Position numbers and translations under genes: made by a program
From: Anaeromyxobacteraceae bacterium
GTDB taxonomy: Bacteria > Myxococcota > Myxococcia > Myxococcales > Anaeromyxobacteraceae
Direction of reading: 5' to 3'
Length of the DNA stretch: 64,000 nucleotides
Assembly: GCA_047602405.1 (NCBI GenBank)
Contig: JASGHJ010000002.1
Span: 960,001 to 1,024,000 of the forward strand
Notes under the pieces: generated by a model
Databases searched by the model: none
What the model was told of the DNA's origin: nothing
Seen by the model: the letters and a program-made list of their open reading frames with translations, nothing else
Shown here: piece after piece, positions 19,327 to 29,006 of the stretch
Numbering within the stretch: position 1 is the stretch's first letter
Layout: each line of letters opens with the position of its first letter

Positions 19327-20256
19327 ATGTTCGCGTCCATCGAGGAGGCGTCGAAGGGGCTCGCGGCGGCGGGCTACCTCCCGTCGCAGGAGATCTCGAC
19401 CGCGGTGTTCCTCGCCGACCGGCTCGAGAAGCCGATCCTGGTGGAGGGGCCGGCGGGCGTCGGCAAGACCGAGCTCGCGCGCGCCTTCGCGGCCGCGTCC
19501 GGCCGCTCGCTCGTCCGGCTCCAGTGCTACGAGGGGCTCGACGAGTCGAAGGCGCTCTACGAGTGGGAGTACGCGAAGCAGCTCCTCTACACCCAGCTCC
19601 TGCGCGACCGCATCGGCGACGCCGTGGCGGGGGCGGGCAGCCTCGCCGAGGCGGCGGACCGCATCGCGGGGGAGGGGAACGTCTTCTTCTCGGAGCGCTT
19701 CCTCCTGCCGCGCCCGATCCTGAAGGCCATCACGGCGGACACGCCGGCGCTCCTCCTCGTCGACGAGATCGACAAGGCCGACCCCGAGCTCGAGGCGTTC
19801 CTCCTCGAGGTGCTCTCCGACTGGACCGTCACGGTCCCGGAGATCGGCACCCTCCGCGCGCGCAGCGTGCCGCGCGTGGTCCTCACCTCGAACGCCGCCC
19901 GGGAGCTCTCCGACGCCCTGAAGCGGCGCTGCCTGCACCTCTACGTCGACTTCCCGGCCCGCGACCGCGAGCTCGCCATCGTGCGCGCCCGGGTGCCGGA
20001 GGCCTCCGAGGCCCTCGCGCGCGCGGTCGTGGCGACGGTCGCGAAGCTGCGCACCCTCGACCTCAAGAAGCTCCCCAGCATCTCGGAGACGCTCGACTGG
20101 GTCCGCGCGCTCGCCGTCCTCAACGCCGACCGCCTCGAGCCCGCGCTCCTCGACCAGACGCTCAACCTCGTCCTCAAGTACGAGGCCGACCTCGCGCGGG
20201 CCAAGGAGAAGCGGCTCGATCTCCTCGAAGCCGCGGCCGCCTCGAGCAGGCCGTGA
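19327..20256 (+). CDS. MoxR-family AAA+ ATPase (CoxD-like)
   Basis: LVEGPAGVGKTELA, RLQCYEGLDESKALYEWEYAKQLL, LLVDEIDKAD, LSDALKRRCLHL. Confidence 0.9.
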   Translation: MFASIEEASKGLAAAGYLPSQEISTAVFLADRLEKPILVEGPAGVGKTELARAFAAASGRSLVRLQCYEGLDESKALYEWEYAKQLLYTQLLRDRIGDAVAGAGSLAEAADRIAGEGNVFFSERFLLPRPILKAITADTPALLLVDEIDKADPELEAFLLEVLSDWTVTVPEIGTLRARSVPRVVLTSNAARELSDALKRRCLHLYVDFPARDRELAIVRARVPEASEALARAVVATVAKLRTLDLKKLPSISETLDWVRALAVLNADRLEPALLDQTLNLVLKYEADLARAKEKRLDLLEAAAASSRP

Positions 20257-20266
20257 CCTGCCATAT

Positions 20267-20314
20267 CCGTCAGCCCCGAGCGTAGGGCCGCATGCGGCCC
20301 GGAGACGAGGGGCG
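20267..20314 (+). repeat. REP-like element CCCCGAGC-GTAG-hairpin-GGAGACGAGGGG, copy 1
   Basis: ccgtcagccccgagcgtagggccgcatgcggcccggagacgaggggcg; related copies at 35443 and 44080. Confidence 0.8.
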
Positions 20315-20316
20315 GT

Positions 20317-20638
20317 CCGCAGGCATGCGTTCCCGTGGGAGCGAAACGCGCCTCCGCGACGCCGGCCGGCTGCGTCGGTCTGTGTACGGTGCCGATGGCC
20401 GGAACCGGGGTCGCTGCGATCGATCAGGCCGCGGCAGGCCTGCACGCGAGTTGCGCGTGACGGCACAGCGCGCTGCGCGCGCCATGCCGTCACACGCCCT
20501 CGTCGCTTGGCCTGCAATCGCTAGGGCACTGGGGACGTGGAGCGCCCGACCTCCGCCGGCCGTCGCTGCGGAGTCGCGTTTCGCCCTCGGGCGCGTTGCA
20601 CTAAGGTCGGCCGAGACTGCTGGGTGGTTGATGTTGAA
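20317..20638 (+). repeat. Left arm of ~320-bp imperfect inverted repeat
   Basis: Two perfect 31-bp blocks (20434-20464, 20486-20516) match the reverse complement of 22378-22408 and 22326-22356; looser similarity continues outward and inward. Confidence 0.9.
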
Positions 20639-20699
20639 CTGATATGGTTGGACCCGTCAACGAAGCCGGCCCGGTCGCAGGGTCGGCTTTTTCGTTTCT

Positions 20700-20910
20700 G
20701 CGTTCGGGCGGCCAAGGCGGTGGTCGACCTGAACTAGAGCGACGGCGGATCAGACTGATATTCGCGGGTTGGGTACCGCATGACCTGAATCCGTCGGGGG
20801 CTGCCTCGGTCTAACAGCGGGCATCAGGCTTCACGGCCCTGCCCATAGTTCATACGAGGATTCCCCTTTGGGCCGGACCAAGTCGTCCACCGCCCTCGCC
20901 GCCCGAACGC
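20700..20910 (-). ncRNA. Predicted bridge RNA/seekRNA region of the IS110 element
   Basis: Closed by long stem 20700-20728 / 20882-20910; internal segments match the target (TGAACTA, CTGTTAG) and donor (ATATCAG) junctions. Confidence 0.75.
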
Positions 20911-20917
20911 GTCACAG

Positions 20918-22012
20918 CTACGCCTTTAGGAGTTGTGGCTGGCGCCCGATGGCCCAGACGAATCCCGCCAACTCGCGCGCGATGGCAACGACGACGCGGT
21001 TCTTGTTCATCCCGCGTCCCGTGAGCTTCCGATAGCGACCGCAGAGCCGCTCCTGGGCACGCCAGGCGATTCGCAAGACCTCCTCCGACAAGCCTCGACT
21101 TCTCTTCCTGAGGGCAGGGCTGTTCGCTGCTCGGTACCGGTAAGCCCAGGCGGCCTCGACGAGAATGCGCCGAGCGTGGCCGTTCCCGGCGCGTGTGATT
21201 CTCCCTTGCTGCCGAGTTTCTCCGCTCGAGTGTTCCGAGGGGACGAGGCCGAGGTAGCCCATCAGCTCGGGGGCAGTGGCGAACCGGTCCAGGTCGCCGA
21301 GCTCCGCTGCGAGCACCGTGGCCGTGATGAGGTTGACGCCGCGTAGCGACTGTAGCGCCTTCACCAGGGGCATCCGGCTCCAGCTCTCCACGAGCTCCTC
21401 GATGCTGCGGGTATGCCGGCGAACCCTCTCCCCCACGTCTTCCACCGTCTTCAGGTAGTCCTCGAGGACCCGTTGCTGCGCCTCGTGCTCGAAATGCTGG
21501 ACCCGAACCCACGCCAGGTGGTCGCGAGTCCACCGTGTCTTCCCTGTCCAGCGCCGCCCATGACGGAGAAGGAACTTCCCGAGCTGGTGACGGGCTACGC
21601 GCTCAGCCTTCTTCGCGGCATCTCGCGCGCGCTCGAGATCGCGCATGGCCTCGGTGGCTTCGTCGGGCACGTGGACTTCGGTCAGGTCTCCAGACCTCAG
21701 AAACCGGGCGAGCTTCACGGCATCCCGCCGGTCGGTCTTGACGCGATCGCCGGCCTTCATAGGCACCAACGAAGGCGCGACCACGACGCATTCGACGCCG
21801 CCGGCGTTGAGCGCTCGGTAGAGCCCGAACCCTGTTGGACCAGCCTCGTAACAGCATTTGATGGTACCGAGCCGTCGCAGGCGCTTCAGCAGTGCCGCGG
21901 TGTCGTTGGCGACGACCGCCAAAGCGCTCGGCTCTCCCCGGCCGGGCTCAGCGACCGCGATGGCGATGCTGTCTGCGTGGACGTCGAGACCGACGAATCG
22001 TACGCTCTCCAT
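20918..22012 (-). CDS. IS110-family DEDD transposase/recombinase
   Basis: FVGLDVH, CCYEAGPTG, VKTDRRDA (DEDD) and LGLVPSEHSSG (Ser motif); ATG at 22012. Confidence 0.96.
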   Translation of the reverse strand: MESVRFVGLDVHADSIAIAVAEPGRGEPSALAVVANDTAALLKRLRRLGTIKCCYEAGPTGFGLYRALNAGGVECVVVAPSLVPMKAGDRVKTDRRDAVKLARFLRSGDLTEVHVPDEATEAMRDLERARDAAKKAERVARHQLGKFLLRHGRRWTGKTRWTRDHLAWVRVQHFEHEAQQRVLEDYLKTVEDVGERVRRHTRSIEELVESWSRMPLVKALQSLRGVNLITATVLAAELGDLDRFATAPELMGYLGLVPSEHSSGETRQQGRITRAGNGHARRILVEAAWAYRYRAANSPALRKRSRGLSEEVLRIAWRAQERLCGRYRKLTGRGMNKNRVVVAIARELAGFVWAIGRQPQLLKA

Positions 22013-22110
22013 GGTTGGACCCGCCTCCCGCTGTGGCTCTGCGCCGTGGGGTTTCGCAGCTTCGCGGAGTAACCCACGTTCGCGTGACAGCGGGTCCAAC
22101 CATTCTGTCT

Positions 22111-22244
22111 AACGGTAAATACGACGAGGCGGTAACGGGAGCCGTTGGCCTGAACCTGCGGATGAGCGCGCAGCAGGTTGCCCAACGCCCATCGCCCAAC
22201 GCTGGTCGTTCACCAACACCCGGCATCTTCGGCCGACGTTAGTC
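22111..22244 (+). other. attC-like imperfect hairpin interrupted by the IS
   Basis: Reconstructed AACTAAC...GTTAGTC of 138 bp; inner pairs CGTTGG/CCAACG, AACCTGC/GCAGGTT, ACGAC/GTCGT; register is asymmetric. Confidence 0.4.
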
Positions 22245-22526
22245 CGCTACGCCCGAGAGCCAAACGGGCCTCCGCAGCAGCGCGCAGCGAGCGACGGGCG
22301 AGGTTCCGTCTCCACATCGGGGCAATGCAGGCCAAGCGACGAGGGCGTGTGACGGCGACGTGCGCGAAGCGCGCGGCGCCGTCACGCGCAACTCGCGTGC
22401 AGGCCTGCTGCCACGATCACCGCCCTGCAACAGCCCCGGTTCCGGCGATCTCTTCCGTCTCAAACCCGTCCGAGCAAGCGCTGTCGCGGAGGCCCGTTTG
22501 GCTCCCAAGGACACGTATGCCGACGG
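22207..22526 (-). repeat. Right arm of ~320-bp imperfect inverted repeat
   Basis: Reverse complement aligns with 20317-20638; contains perfect internal 19-bp IR 22257-22275 / 22486-22504. Confidence 0.9.
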
Positions 22527-22536
22527 CGGGAGAGGG

Positions 22537-23289
22537 TCACTCGTCCGGTTCCGGCTCGGCCTGCCGCGCGAGGCGGGTGCGGGAGGGGACCTGGACGAGC
22601 TCCTCGCTGGGGAGGACCAGGGCCGTGAGGAAGCCGCCGTAGACGCAGCCCGTGTCGAGCCCCACGCAGCGCACACCAGGGGCGGGCATGTCGAGGCGGG
22701 GGCCCGCCTCGGCCTGCGCGTGGTGCCCGTACACGACGCTCTGCGGGCCCGTCCAGGCCTCGGCCCAGCGCCGGATGCCCGGCTCGCCGGCCTCGCCGCG
22801 CTCGCGGGTGGCCGGCTTGCCTGCCGCGTCCACGTAGCGCAGGCGGATCACCACGTCCGGCGGCTGCCGGGAGGCGGGCACGTTCGGGACGAACCCGGCG
22901 TGCACCGCCATCCACCCGCCGCCGAGCGAGATCGAGCGGGGCAGGCCCGCGAGCCACCCGAGGTCGTCGGCCGTGAGGGCCGCGTGCTCGGCCGCCCGCT
23001 TGGGGTCGAAGGGGCGCATCGGGTTGCGGTAGGCGCGGTCGCCGCGGCGGCGGGCCTCGTGCGCGGCGTACCGGAGGTGCTTCTCCTCGTGGTTGCCGAG
23101 CACGCACTCGGCGCCCAGCTCGCGGACGCGCCGGAGCACGCCCACCGGGTCCGGGCCCCGGTCGAGGAGGTCGCCGAGGAACACGACCCGGTCCTCGCCG
23201 CGCCGGAACTCGGACGTGACGAGCAGCTCGTCGAGCTCCCCGAGGCACCCGTGCACGTCCCCCACCACCAGCGTCCGCCCGGCGCTCAT
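22537..23289 (-). CDS. Metallophosphoesterase (ApaH/PrpE-like)
   Basis: GDVHGC, GDLLDRGP, GNHE, VHAG, YGH, LDTGCVYGG. Confidence 0.92.
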   Translation of the reverse strand: MSAGRTLVVGDVHGCLGELDELLVTSEFRRGEDRVVFLGDLLDRGPDPVGVLRRVRELGAECVLGNHEEKHLRYAAHEARRRGDRAYRNPMRPFDPKRAAEHAALTADDLGWLAGLPRSISLGGGWMAVHAGFVPNVPASRQPPDVVIRLRYVDAAGKPATRERGEAGEPGIRRWAEAWTGPQSVVYGHHAQAEAGPRLDMPAPGVRCVGLDTGCVYGGFLTALVLPSEELVQVPSRTRLARQAEPEPDE

Positions 23290-23467
23290 GTGCGGAGCTT
23301 AACGCCATGTCGGCCCGCGCGCCCCGATGGGGATTGGGGGAGCGATGATTTCGTGGCCGGGTCGGGTCCGTGTGGGGCCGCGGAGCGGGCCGGAGGCGAG
23401 GGACCGCGCTAGATTGCCCGAGGATCCCGGCGCTACACTCGCCTTCCCACTGCAGCCGGGCCTCCCC

Positions 23468-26400
23468 ATGGATCCCAAGCGCGTCCTCATCGTCGAGCCC
23501 GACCACGCCTTCGCCCTCTCGCTCGCGTCCCTCTTCCGGGAGGACGGGCACCACACCGCGGTGGCGGGCAGCGCCGCCGAGGCCGAGCTCGAGATCGCGA
23601 CCCGCCGCCCGCACCTCGCGGTGGTCCGCGCCGAGCTGCCTGACCTGTCCGGGTTCTCGCTCTGCGCGCACCTGCGCCACGATCGGGCCACGGCGGGCCT
23701 GCCGGTGGTGCTCTTCTCCTCGGACACGCCGCCCGAGTCGCTCGCCGAGCACGCCCGCACCCCGTGGGCCGCGAACGGCTACCTGGCGATGCCGCTCGAC
23801 ACGGACGCGCTGCGGGTGCTCGCGAACCGGATCCTCTCGGCCGAGGAGCCCGTGGAGAGCGCCGACGACGCCATCCTCGAGGCCGACGACCTCGTCGTGC
23901 AGGAGGTGCACGGCGAGGTGGTCCCCACCTCCCCGGACGCGCACCCCGGGCGTGGGGACGACGGGCCGGAGTCGACGGAGGGCCCGCGGGCGCCCCCGCT
24001 GCCGAAGCGCTCGATCACCACCGACGAGGACCGGCTGTTCCTCGACCGCGTCTTCCAGTCCATCGCCGAGCACCGCGACGAGCTCGCGCGCGAGGCCATG
24101 GCCCAGCGGCCGCCGCCGCGCCGGGACCTGCTCGCCACGCCCGAGGGGCGGATCGAGGCCCTGCGCCAGGACCTCAAGTGGCGCGAGGCGCAGCTCGCCC
24201 GCATCGCCGAGATCTGGGCGGTCCGCGAGCGCGAGGTCGCCGCGTTCGACGAGCGCCTGCACGAGCGCGACGTGGACCTCGCCGGCCTGCGCGCGCAGGT
24301 CGAGGACCTCTCCCGCCGCCTCGCCGAGGCGAAGGACGTCTTCGTCGTGAAGGAGCGCGAGTACGGCGCGTCGATGGACGGGCTCCTCCTCGAGAAGTTC
24401 AGCCAGGAGAAGCAGCTCATCGAGGTGGTCGCCGCGAACGAGCGGCGGATCCACGAGCTCGAGCGCGACGTGCGCCGGCGCGACGACGACCTCGCCCGCC
24501 GGGGCGTGGCGCTCGCCGAGGCCCAGGACGAGAATCGCCCGGCTGGACCGGCAGGTCCGCGCCGACGGCGCGCGGGCCGAGGCGCGGGAGCGCGAGCTCG
24601 CCGGCGAGGTGGAGCGGCTCTCCGGGGAGCTCGCCCAGGCCCGCGAGGCGCTCGCCGTGCAGCGCAGCACCGCCGAGGAGTTCGCCCGGGAGGCCTCCCG
24701 CAAGCTCGAGGAGGCCGCCGCCGAGCGGCGCGCGCTCGACGCCGGGCTCGAGGCCCTGCGCGCGGACCGCGAGCTCGCCGCGAAGGGCGGCGACGAGGCG
24801 CGGGCGCGGGTGGCCGCGCTCGAGGCGGAGCTCTCGAAGGAGCAGGCGGACGGCGAGAAGGCCCGCGCGGCGCTCGAGGCGCGCGCCACCCGGGCCGAGG
24901 CGGCGGCCGCGGAGGCGGAGGCCCAGCGCGAGCGGTCCTCGGCGGCCTCCCGCGAGGCGGCGGCCGGCCTGCAGGAGCGCATCGACGAGCGCGAGGCGGC
25001 GATCCGCGACCGCGAGCAGCGCCTGCGGCTCGTGGACGAGGAGTACCGGCGCTTCCGCGACGCGGCCCGCGCGCGCGAGGACGACCTCGCCCGCGAGGTC
25101 CAGGACCACCTGCAGCAGAATCGGCGCGCTCGAGGCCGAGCTGGAGGCGGCCGAGCGCGAGAACGCGGAGCGCGAGGCGGCGGACCCGGGCCTCGACCCG
25201 GCCGAGGTGGAGGCGGAGCGGGCCGAGCTCCAGCGCGAGCTCCAGGCCGCCTCCGCCCGCGCGGCCGACGCCGAGGGCCTGCTCGCGGCCGCCGAGCAGG
25301 CGCTCGCGCAGGCGCGGGCCCGGGCGGAGGGGCTCGAGCGCGCGGTCGAGGAGGCGGGGCGGGCGCGCGACGAGGCCGAGCGCGGCCGCGGCGTCGCCGA
25401 GAGCGCGGCGCGCGAGAAGGAGGCCCTCGCCGCGGCGGTGGCCGAGAAGGACGCCCTGCTCGAGCCGGCCCGCGCCGAGGCGCGGGCGGCCCAGGAGGAG
25501 GCCCGGGCGGCCCGCGAGGCCGCGGCCGCGGCCGAGGCGAGGCACGCCGGGGTCGCGGCCGAGCGCGAGGAGCTCGCCGCGCGGCTCGCGTCGCACGAGG
25601 ACACCGTGCGCGACGCGCGGGCCGAGGTCGCGCGGCTCTCCGCGCGCATCGAGGAGCTGACGGCCAGCGCGGGCGCCCAGGAGGCCGGGGCGGCGGAGGC
25701 CCGGGCGCGCGCCGGCGCGCTCGAGGCCGAGCTCGCCGCCGCCCGCGCCGAGGCGGAGGCCGCGCGGGCGGACGCCGCGCGCGTGGCCACCGGGCAGGAG
25801 GAGGCGCGCCGCGCCGCCGAGCGCAAGGAGTCGGAGTGGACCGCCGAGCTCGCCGCGCGCGCGGAGCGCGCGGCCCGGGCCGAGGCGGCCGCCGCCGCCG
25901 CCGAGGAGCAGGTTCGCGCCGCCGAGGCCGACGCGACCCGCGCGCGCGAGGCGCTCGACGCGCTCTCCCGCGAGGCGGAGCGCGCGCGGGCCGGGCTCGT
26001 CGAGGAGGCGTCCGCGCAGGGGGAGCTGCTCGTCGCCGCGAAGCGGCAGGTCGAGAAGCTCGGCGGGGAGCTCTCCGAGGCCCGCCAGGCGCTGATGATC
26101 GCGGAGTCCTCCGGGAAGCAGGAGCTCGAGGCCGCCCGGGCGAAGGCGGACGAGCTCGCGGGCCTGCTCGCGCAGGCCGCGCAGGAGCGCGACGAGCTGC
26201 GGGTGAAGCAGGCCGCCGTGGCGGGCGAGCTCGAGGTGCGCGAGGCGGAGCTCGCCTCGGCCACCGAGGAGGCGAAGGAGGCCCGCGTGGCGCGCGAGCG
26301 GGTGGAGCGCGCGCTCGCCGAGGCCGAGGCCGCCGCCACCCGCGAGGCCCAGGCCCGCGTCGCGGAGGAGGGGCGGGGCGCCGCGCGCGCCCAGGCGCTC

Positions 26401-27330
26401 GCGACCGAGCACGCCCGGCGCGAGGAGGAGCTGCTCGCCGAGCTCGCGCGGAAGACCGAGGCCGGCGAGGCGCTGCACGCGCGCTTCGACGGGCTCGCCT
26501 CCGAGCGGGGTGAGCGCGAGGCGGCGCTGCAGCGCGAGGTGCAGGCGCGGGGCGAGGCGCTCGCCGCGGCGGAGCAGCGCGCCCGCGCCGGCGCCGAGGT
26601 CGCCGCCGCGCGCGAGGAGGACCTGCGGGCCCGGGTGGCCGCGCTCGAGGAGCAGCTCGGGTCGCTGCAGCGCCAGCGCGATCAGGCGGGCGGCGCGCTC
26701 GCCGCGGCCGCCGAGGAGAAGGCCCGGGTGCTCGGCGAGACCCGGGAGGCGGCCGCCCGCCACGAGCGGGCGGAGGCGCGCGCGCGCGAGCTCGAGCAGG
26801 CGCTCGCGGTCTCGCACCGGGACCGCCAGCGCGTCGAGACCGAGCTCACCGCGCGCGCGGCCCGCGCCGAGGCCCGGGCGGCCGAGCTCGGCGCCAAGAG
26901 CGACCAGGGCGCGCGCGACGGCGCGACGCTCGAGGCCGCGCGGGCGCGGGTCGCGGAGCTCGAGGCGTCGCTCGCCCAGGCCGGGCAGGCGCGCGCCGAC
27001 GCGGAGCGGGGCTGGGTGACGCGCGCGGAGGCCGCGGAGCGCAGCGCGGCGGAGGCGGCGCGGCGGGTGGAGCTCTACGGGGCGGAGCGCCGCGAGGCGG
27101 AGGCGCGGGCCGCGGAGCTCGTGCGCGAGGCCGAGGCCCGCTTCCACGAGGAGCTCCGGCGGCGCGACGAGCAGCGCGGGCAGGAGGTCCAGCGGCTGCA
27201 GGGGCTCCTGCAGGAGAAGGCGCGCCGGGAGAAGACGCTCGAGCTCGAGCTCGAGCGGGCCCGCGCGGGGCGCGGGACGCCCGCGCCCGCGGGCGCGGGC
27301 TCGGGCGGCGGCGGGAACGGCGAGCGGTGA
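23468..27330 (+). CDS. aglZ: AglZ-like protein: atypical receiver domain + very long coiled coil; two apparent +1 frameshifts (24532-24536, 25118-25122)
   Basis: MDPKRVLIVEPDHAFALSLA...VVRAELPDLSGFSLC...TPWAANGYLAMP resembles the Myxococcus AglZ N-terminus as I recall it; Ala/Glu/Arg heptads continue across three frames. Confidence 0.75.
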
Positions 27331-28061
27331 GCCTCACCCTCCTCGAGAGCGCGCTCCTCGCCGGCTTCCGCCACGGGTTCACCACCCGCGCGGGCGGGGC
27401 GTCGCCCGCGCCCTGGGACGCGCTCAACCTCGGCGGCGGGGTGGGCGACGATCCCGCGCGCGTCGCCGAGAACTGGCGGCGCCTCGAGGCGGCGACCGGG
27501 CTCGGCTTCGCGCGGGTGCGTCAGGTGCACGGCGCCCGCGCGGTCCGGCTCGACGCGGCCTGCCCGCCGGGCGAGGAGGCCGACGCGGTGGTCTCGCGCG
27601 CGCCCGGCGTGGCGGCGACCGTCGCGGTCGCGGACTGCGTCCCGGTGCTCCTCGCCGACCCCGACACGGGCGCGGTGGCGGCGGTGCACGCCGGCTGGCG
27701 CGGCACGATCGCGCACGCGGCGGGGGAGGGCGTCCGGGCGCTCGGCCGGGAGGCCGGGGCCTCGCCCGGCCGGCTGCTCGCGGCGATCGGGCCCTCGATC
27801 GGCCCCTGCTGCTACGAGATATCGGACGATCTCGCGGCGCGGTTCGAGGCGGCGTTCGGCGCGGACGTCGTGCGACGAAACCCCACGCCGCACCTCGATC
27901 TCTGGGCCGCGAACGCGCGCGCGCTCGCCGCCGCGGGCGTCCTCGAGGGGCGGATCGACGTGCTCCGGCGCTGCACCGCCTGCGAGCGCGAGGTCTTCTT
28001 CTCGCACCGGCGCGACGCGGGCCGCACCGGCCGGCAGGTCGCCTTCGTCGCCCCGCGATAG
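27327..28061 (+). CDS. pgeF: Peptidoglycan editing factor PgeF/YfiH
   Basis: HGFTTRAGG, QVHG, VADCVPVLL, VHAGWRG, IGPSIGPCCYE, FFSHRRD. Confidence 0.93.
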   Translation: MSLTLLESALLAGFRHGFTTRAGGASPAPWDALNLGGGVGDDPARVAENWRRLEAATGLGFARVRQVHGARAVRLDAACPPGEEADAVVSRAPGVAATVAVADCVPVLLADPDTGAVAAVHAGWRGTIAHAAGEGVRALGREAGASPGRLLAAIGPSIGPCCYEISDDLAARFEAAFGADVVRRNPTPHLDLWAANARALAAAGVLEGRIDVLRRCTACEREVFFSHRRDAGRTGRQVAFVAPR

Positions 28062-28139
28062 CCCTGCCTACATGGGCGCCCGATTCCACCCGGGCGCTCG
28101 ATTTCACAGACGCTCCCGTCCGGGCTAGGATTTTCGCGC

Positions 28140-29006
28140 TTGAGGACCTCGCGCCGACAGCTCGTCGCGGTGCTCGCGCTCGCCTGCGCGCAGGCCGGGT
28201 GCGCCTCCGACGCGGGGGCGCGCGCGGACGTCGACGCCCTGCGCGCGGAGGTCCGCGCGCTGCGCCGCGAGAACGAGACCCTCTCACGGAAGGTGGAGTC
28301 GCTCGGCGGCCAGGTCGAGGCGATCGCCGCCCGCTCCCGCGCGTCCGCGCAGGAGCCGCCGCCCGCCGCCGCGCCGGCGTCCGGCGCCGCGGCCGCGCCC
28401 GCGATCCCCGAGGGGCTCGCGGTGGTGAAGGTCGCCCCGCCCGCCGCCCCCGCTTCCGGCCCGGCCGCCCCGCGCGCCGCGCCCCGGCGCCGCGGCGCGA
28501 CCCCGCCGCCCGTGTCGACCGCGATCCCAATCCAGGAGCCGGACGCCGAGCGCGTCGACGCCCTCGCGCGCGGCGCGCGCCCGCTCGCCGCCGCCGCCGA
28601 CGCCGAGCTCCGCGCGGCCCGCGCCCAGCGCGGCCTCGACCGCGCCCACGCGCTCGAGGACTTCGCCGGGCGCTACCCGCGCCACCCCTCCGCCGACAAC
28701 GCGCTCGCCGAGGCCGCCGCCGCGTACGCGGCCGGCGGCAGCGACGACGCCGCCTGCGGCCTCGCCCGCAAGATCGCCGACGGCTACCCGGCCGGCGACG
28801 CGGTCCCCGACGCGCTCGAGCGCCTCGCCTGGTGCGAGCAGCGCCGCGGCGCCACCGATCTCGAGCGGCAGCTGCTCACGCGGCTCGTCGCCGAACACCC
28901 CCGCACGCCGGCGGCCCAGCGCGCCGGCGCGCGCCTCTCGGCCCTGTCCGGCGAGGGCGCCCCGGCGCCCGACCCGTCCCAGGCCAGCACAAGGAGCGTC
29001 CCATGA
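28140..29006 (+). CDS. CpoB/YbgF-like TPR lipoprotein
   Basis: Lipobox-like AQAGC, coiled coil, FAGRYPRHPSADNAL...YPAGDAVPDAL...HPRTPAA. Confidence 0.7.
   Translation: MRTSRRQLVAVLALACAQAGCASDAGARADVDALRAEVRALRRENETLSRKVESLGGQVEAIAARSRASAQEPPPAAAPASGAAAAPAIPEGLAVVKVAPPAAPASGPAAPRAAPRRRGATPPPVSTAIPIQEPDAERVDALARGARPLAAAADAELRAARAQRGLDRAHALEDFAGRYPRHPSADNALAEAAAAYAAGGSDDAACGLARKIADGYPAGDAVPDALERLAWCEQRRGATDLERQLLTRLVAEHPRTPAAQRAGARLSALSGEGAPAPDPSQASTRSVP

Larger units (their letters stand above)
20639..22110 (-). mobile_element. Complete IS110-family element, IS1111 type
   Basis: Subterminal IR ATGGTTGGACCCG at 20644-20656 and inverted at 22091-22103, internal copy at 22011-22023; CT core at both junctions (20639-40, 22109-10); no TSD; long non-coding region downstream of the transposase. 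Confidence 0.9.

Noticed and set aside
20809..22113. GTCTAAC at 20809 and 22107 as a target-site duplication marking the IS ends
   Set aside because: The subterminal IR and CT core place the end at 20639; the 20809 copy is inside the non-coding RNA and fits a target guide. IS110 elements do not make TSDs.
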